From positions 1 through 33,869 of the IMG/VR virus record IMGVR_UViG_3300025018_000361: a stretch of 33,869 bases of DNA; one strand, written 5' to 3'. Both the position numbers and the translations under genes were made by a program. Within the stretch, counting starts at the first letter, position 1, and each line of letters begins with the position of its first letter. The notes below the pieces were generated by a model. That model was not told the DNA's origin, searched no databases, and saw nothing but the letters and a program-made list of their open reading frames with translations. The DNA is from a virus (lineage: Duplodnaviria; Caudoviricetes). Positions 33,824 to 33,869 of this stretch are shown here, in pieces.

Positions 33824-33869
33824 ATGAAAGCAAGAAACATCATCATCGGAATCGCACTTGGAATTGCAA
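33824..33869 (+). CDS. N-terminus of a secreted/membrane protein, 3'-truncated by the window edge
   Basis: MKARNIIIGIALGIA: basic n-region plus hydrophobic h-region. Confidence 0.6.
   Translation, partial: MKARNIIIGIALGIA

Larger units (their letters stand above)
1..33869 (+). mobile_element. Siphovirus-type tailed phage genome (near-complete, probably circularly permuted)
   Basis: Colinear terminase-portal-scaffold-capsid-neck-tail tube-chaperone-tape measure-Dit-fibre-lysis modules plus Bet/initiator/DnaC-like replication genes; no host housekeeping genes. Confidence 0.95.

Noticed and set aside
1-33869. Minus-strand ORFs in the track (e.g. 4370-4903, 12411-12887, 18284-18760, 31344-31850)
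   Set aside because: They shadow well-supported + strand genes and have no recognisable motifs or RBS.
1-33869. Stop-codon reassignment (code 15 or 25)
   Set aside because: Long genes are intact in the standard code; TGA is used in many ATGA overlaps and TAG ends TerL, scaffold and others.
33820-33869. Direct terminal repeat with the window start
   Set aside because: No sequence overlap between the two ends is visible.

Overview
The window is almost entirely a compact, long-tailed (siphovirus-type) bacteriophage genome, probably near-complete and circularly permuted, with every supportable gene on the + strand. Gene order: accessory/early genes (CAP-domain protein, C2H2 finger, MerR-type HTH, RlpA-like DPBB protein, DEDDh exonuclease, GT2 + SAM methyltransferase); a ~200-nt highly structured non-coding RNA; DUF5659-like, RusA, TerS, TerL, SPP1-like portal; a minor head protein carrying a C-terminal HExxH metallopeptidase; scaffold, major capsid, a GT4 glycosyltransferase, head-tail joining genes, a Com-like zinc finger; tail tube, frameshifted tail chaperone, tape measure, Dit, hub and several fibre/receptor-binding genes; C39-like peptidase endolysin plus membrane lysis genes; Bet recombinase, replication initiator with iterons, DnaC-like loader and a sigma-70 region-4 HTH. 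No integrase, CI-type repressor, polymerase, reverse transcriptase, tRNA or CRISPR array was seen. A Patescibacteria (CPR)-like host is only an inference. The most unusual items are: the promoter-flanked multi-branched RNA at 5649-5848; a tail fibre built from three tandem HxH needle modules in one chain; the glycosylation/methylation enzymes, one placed directly after the capsid gene; the head-protein/metallopeptidase fusion; an SSB-tail mimic on the exonuclease; and a copy of the origin iteron in front of the capsid-operon promoter. All family calls come from motif recognition by eye; no database searches were run.
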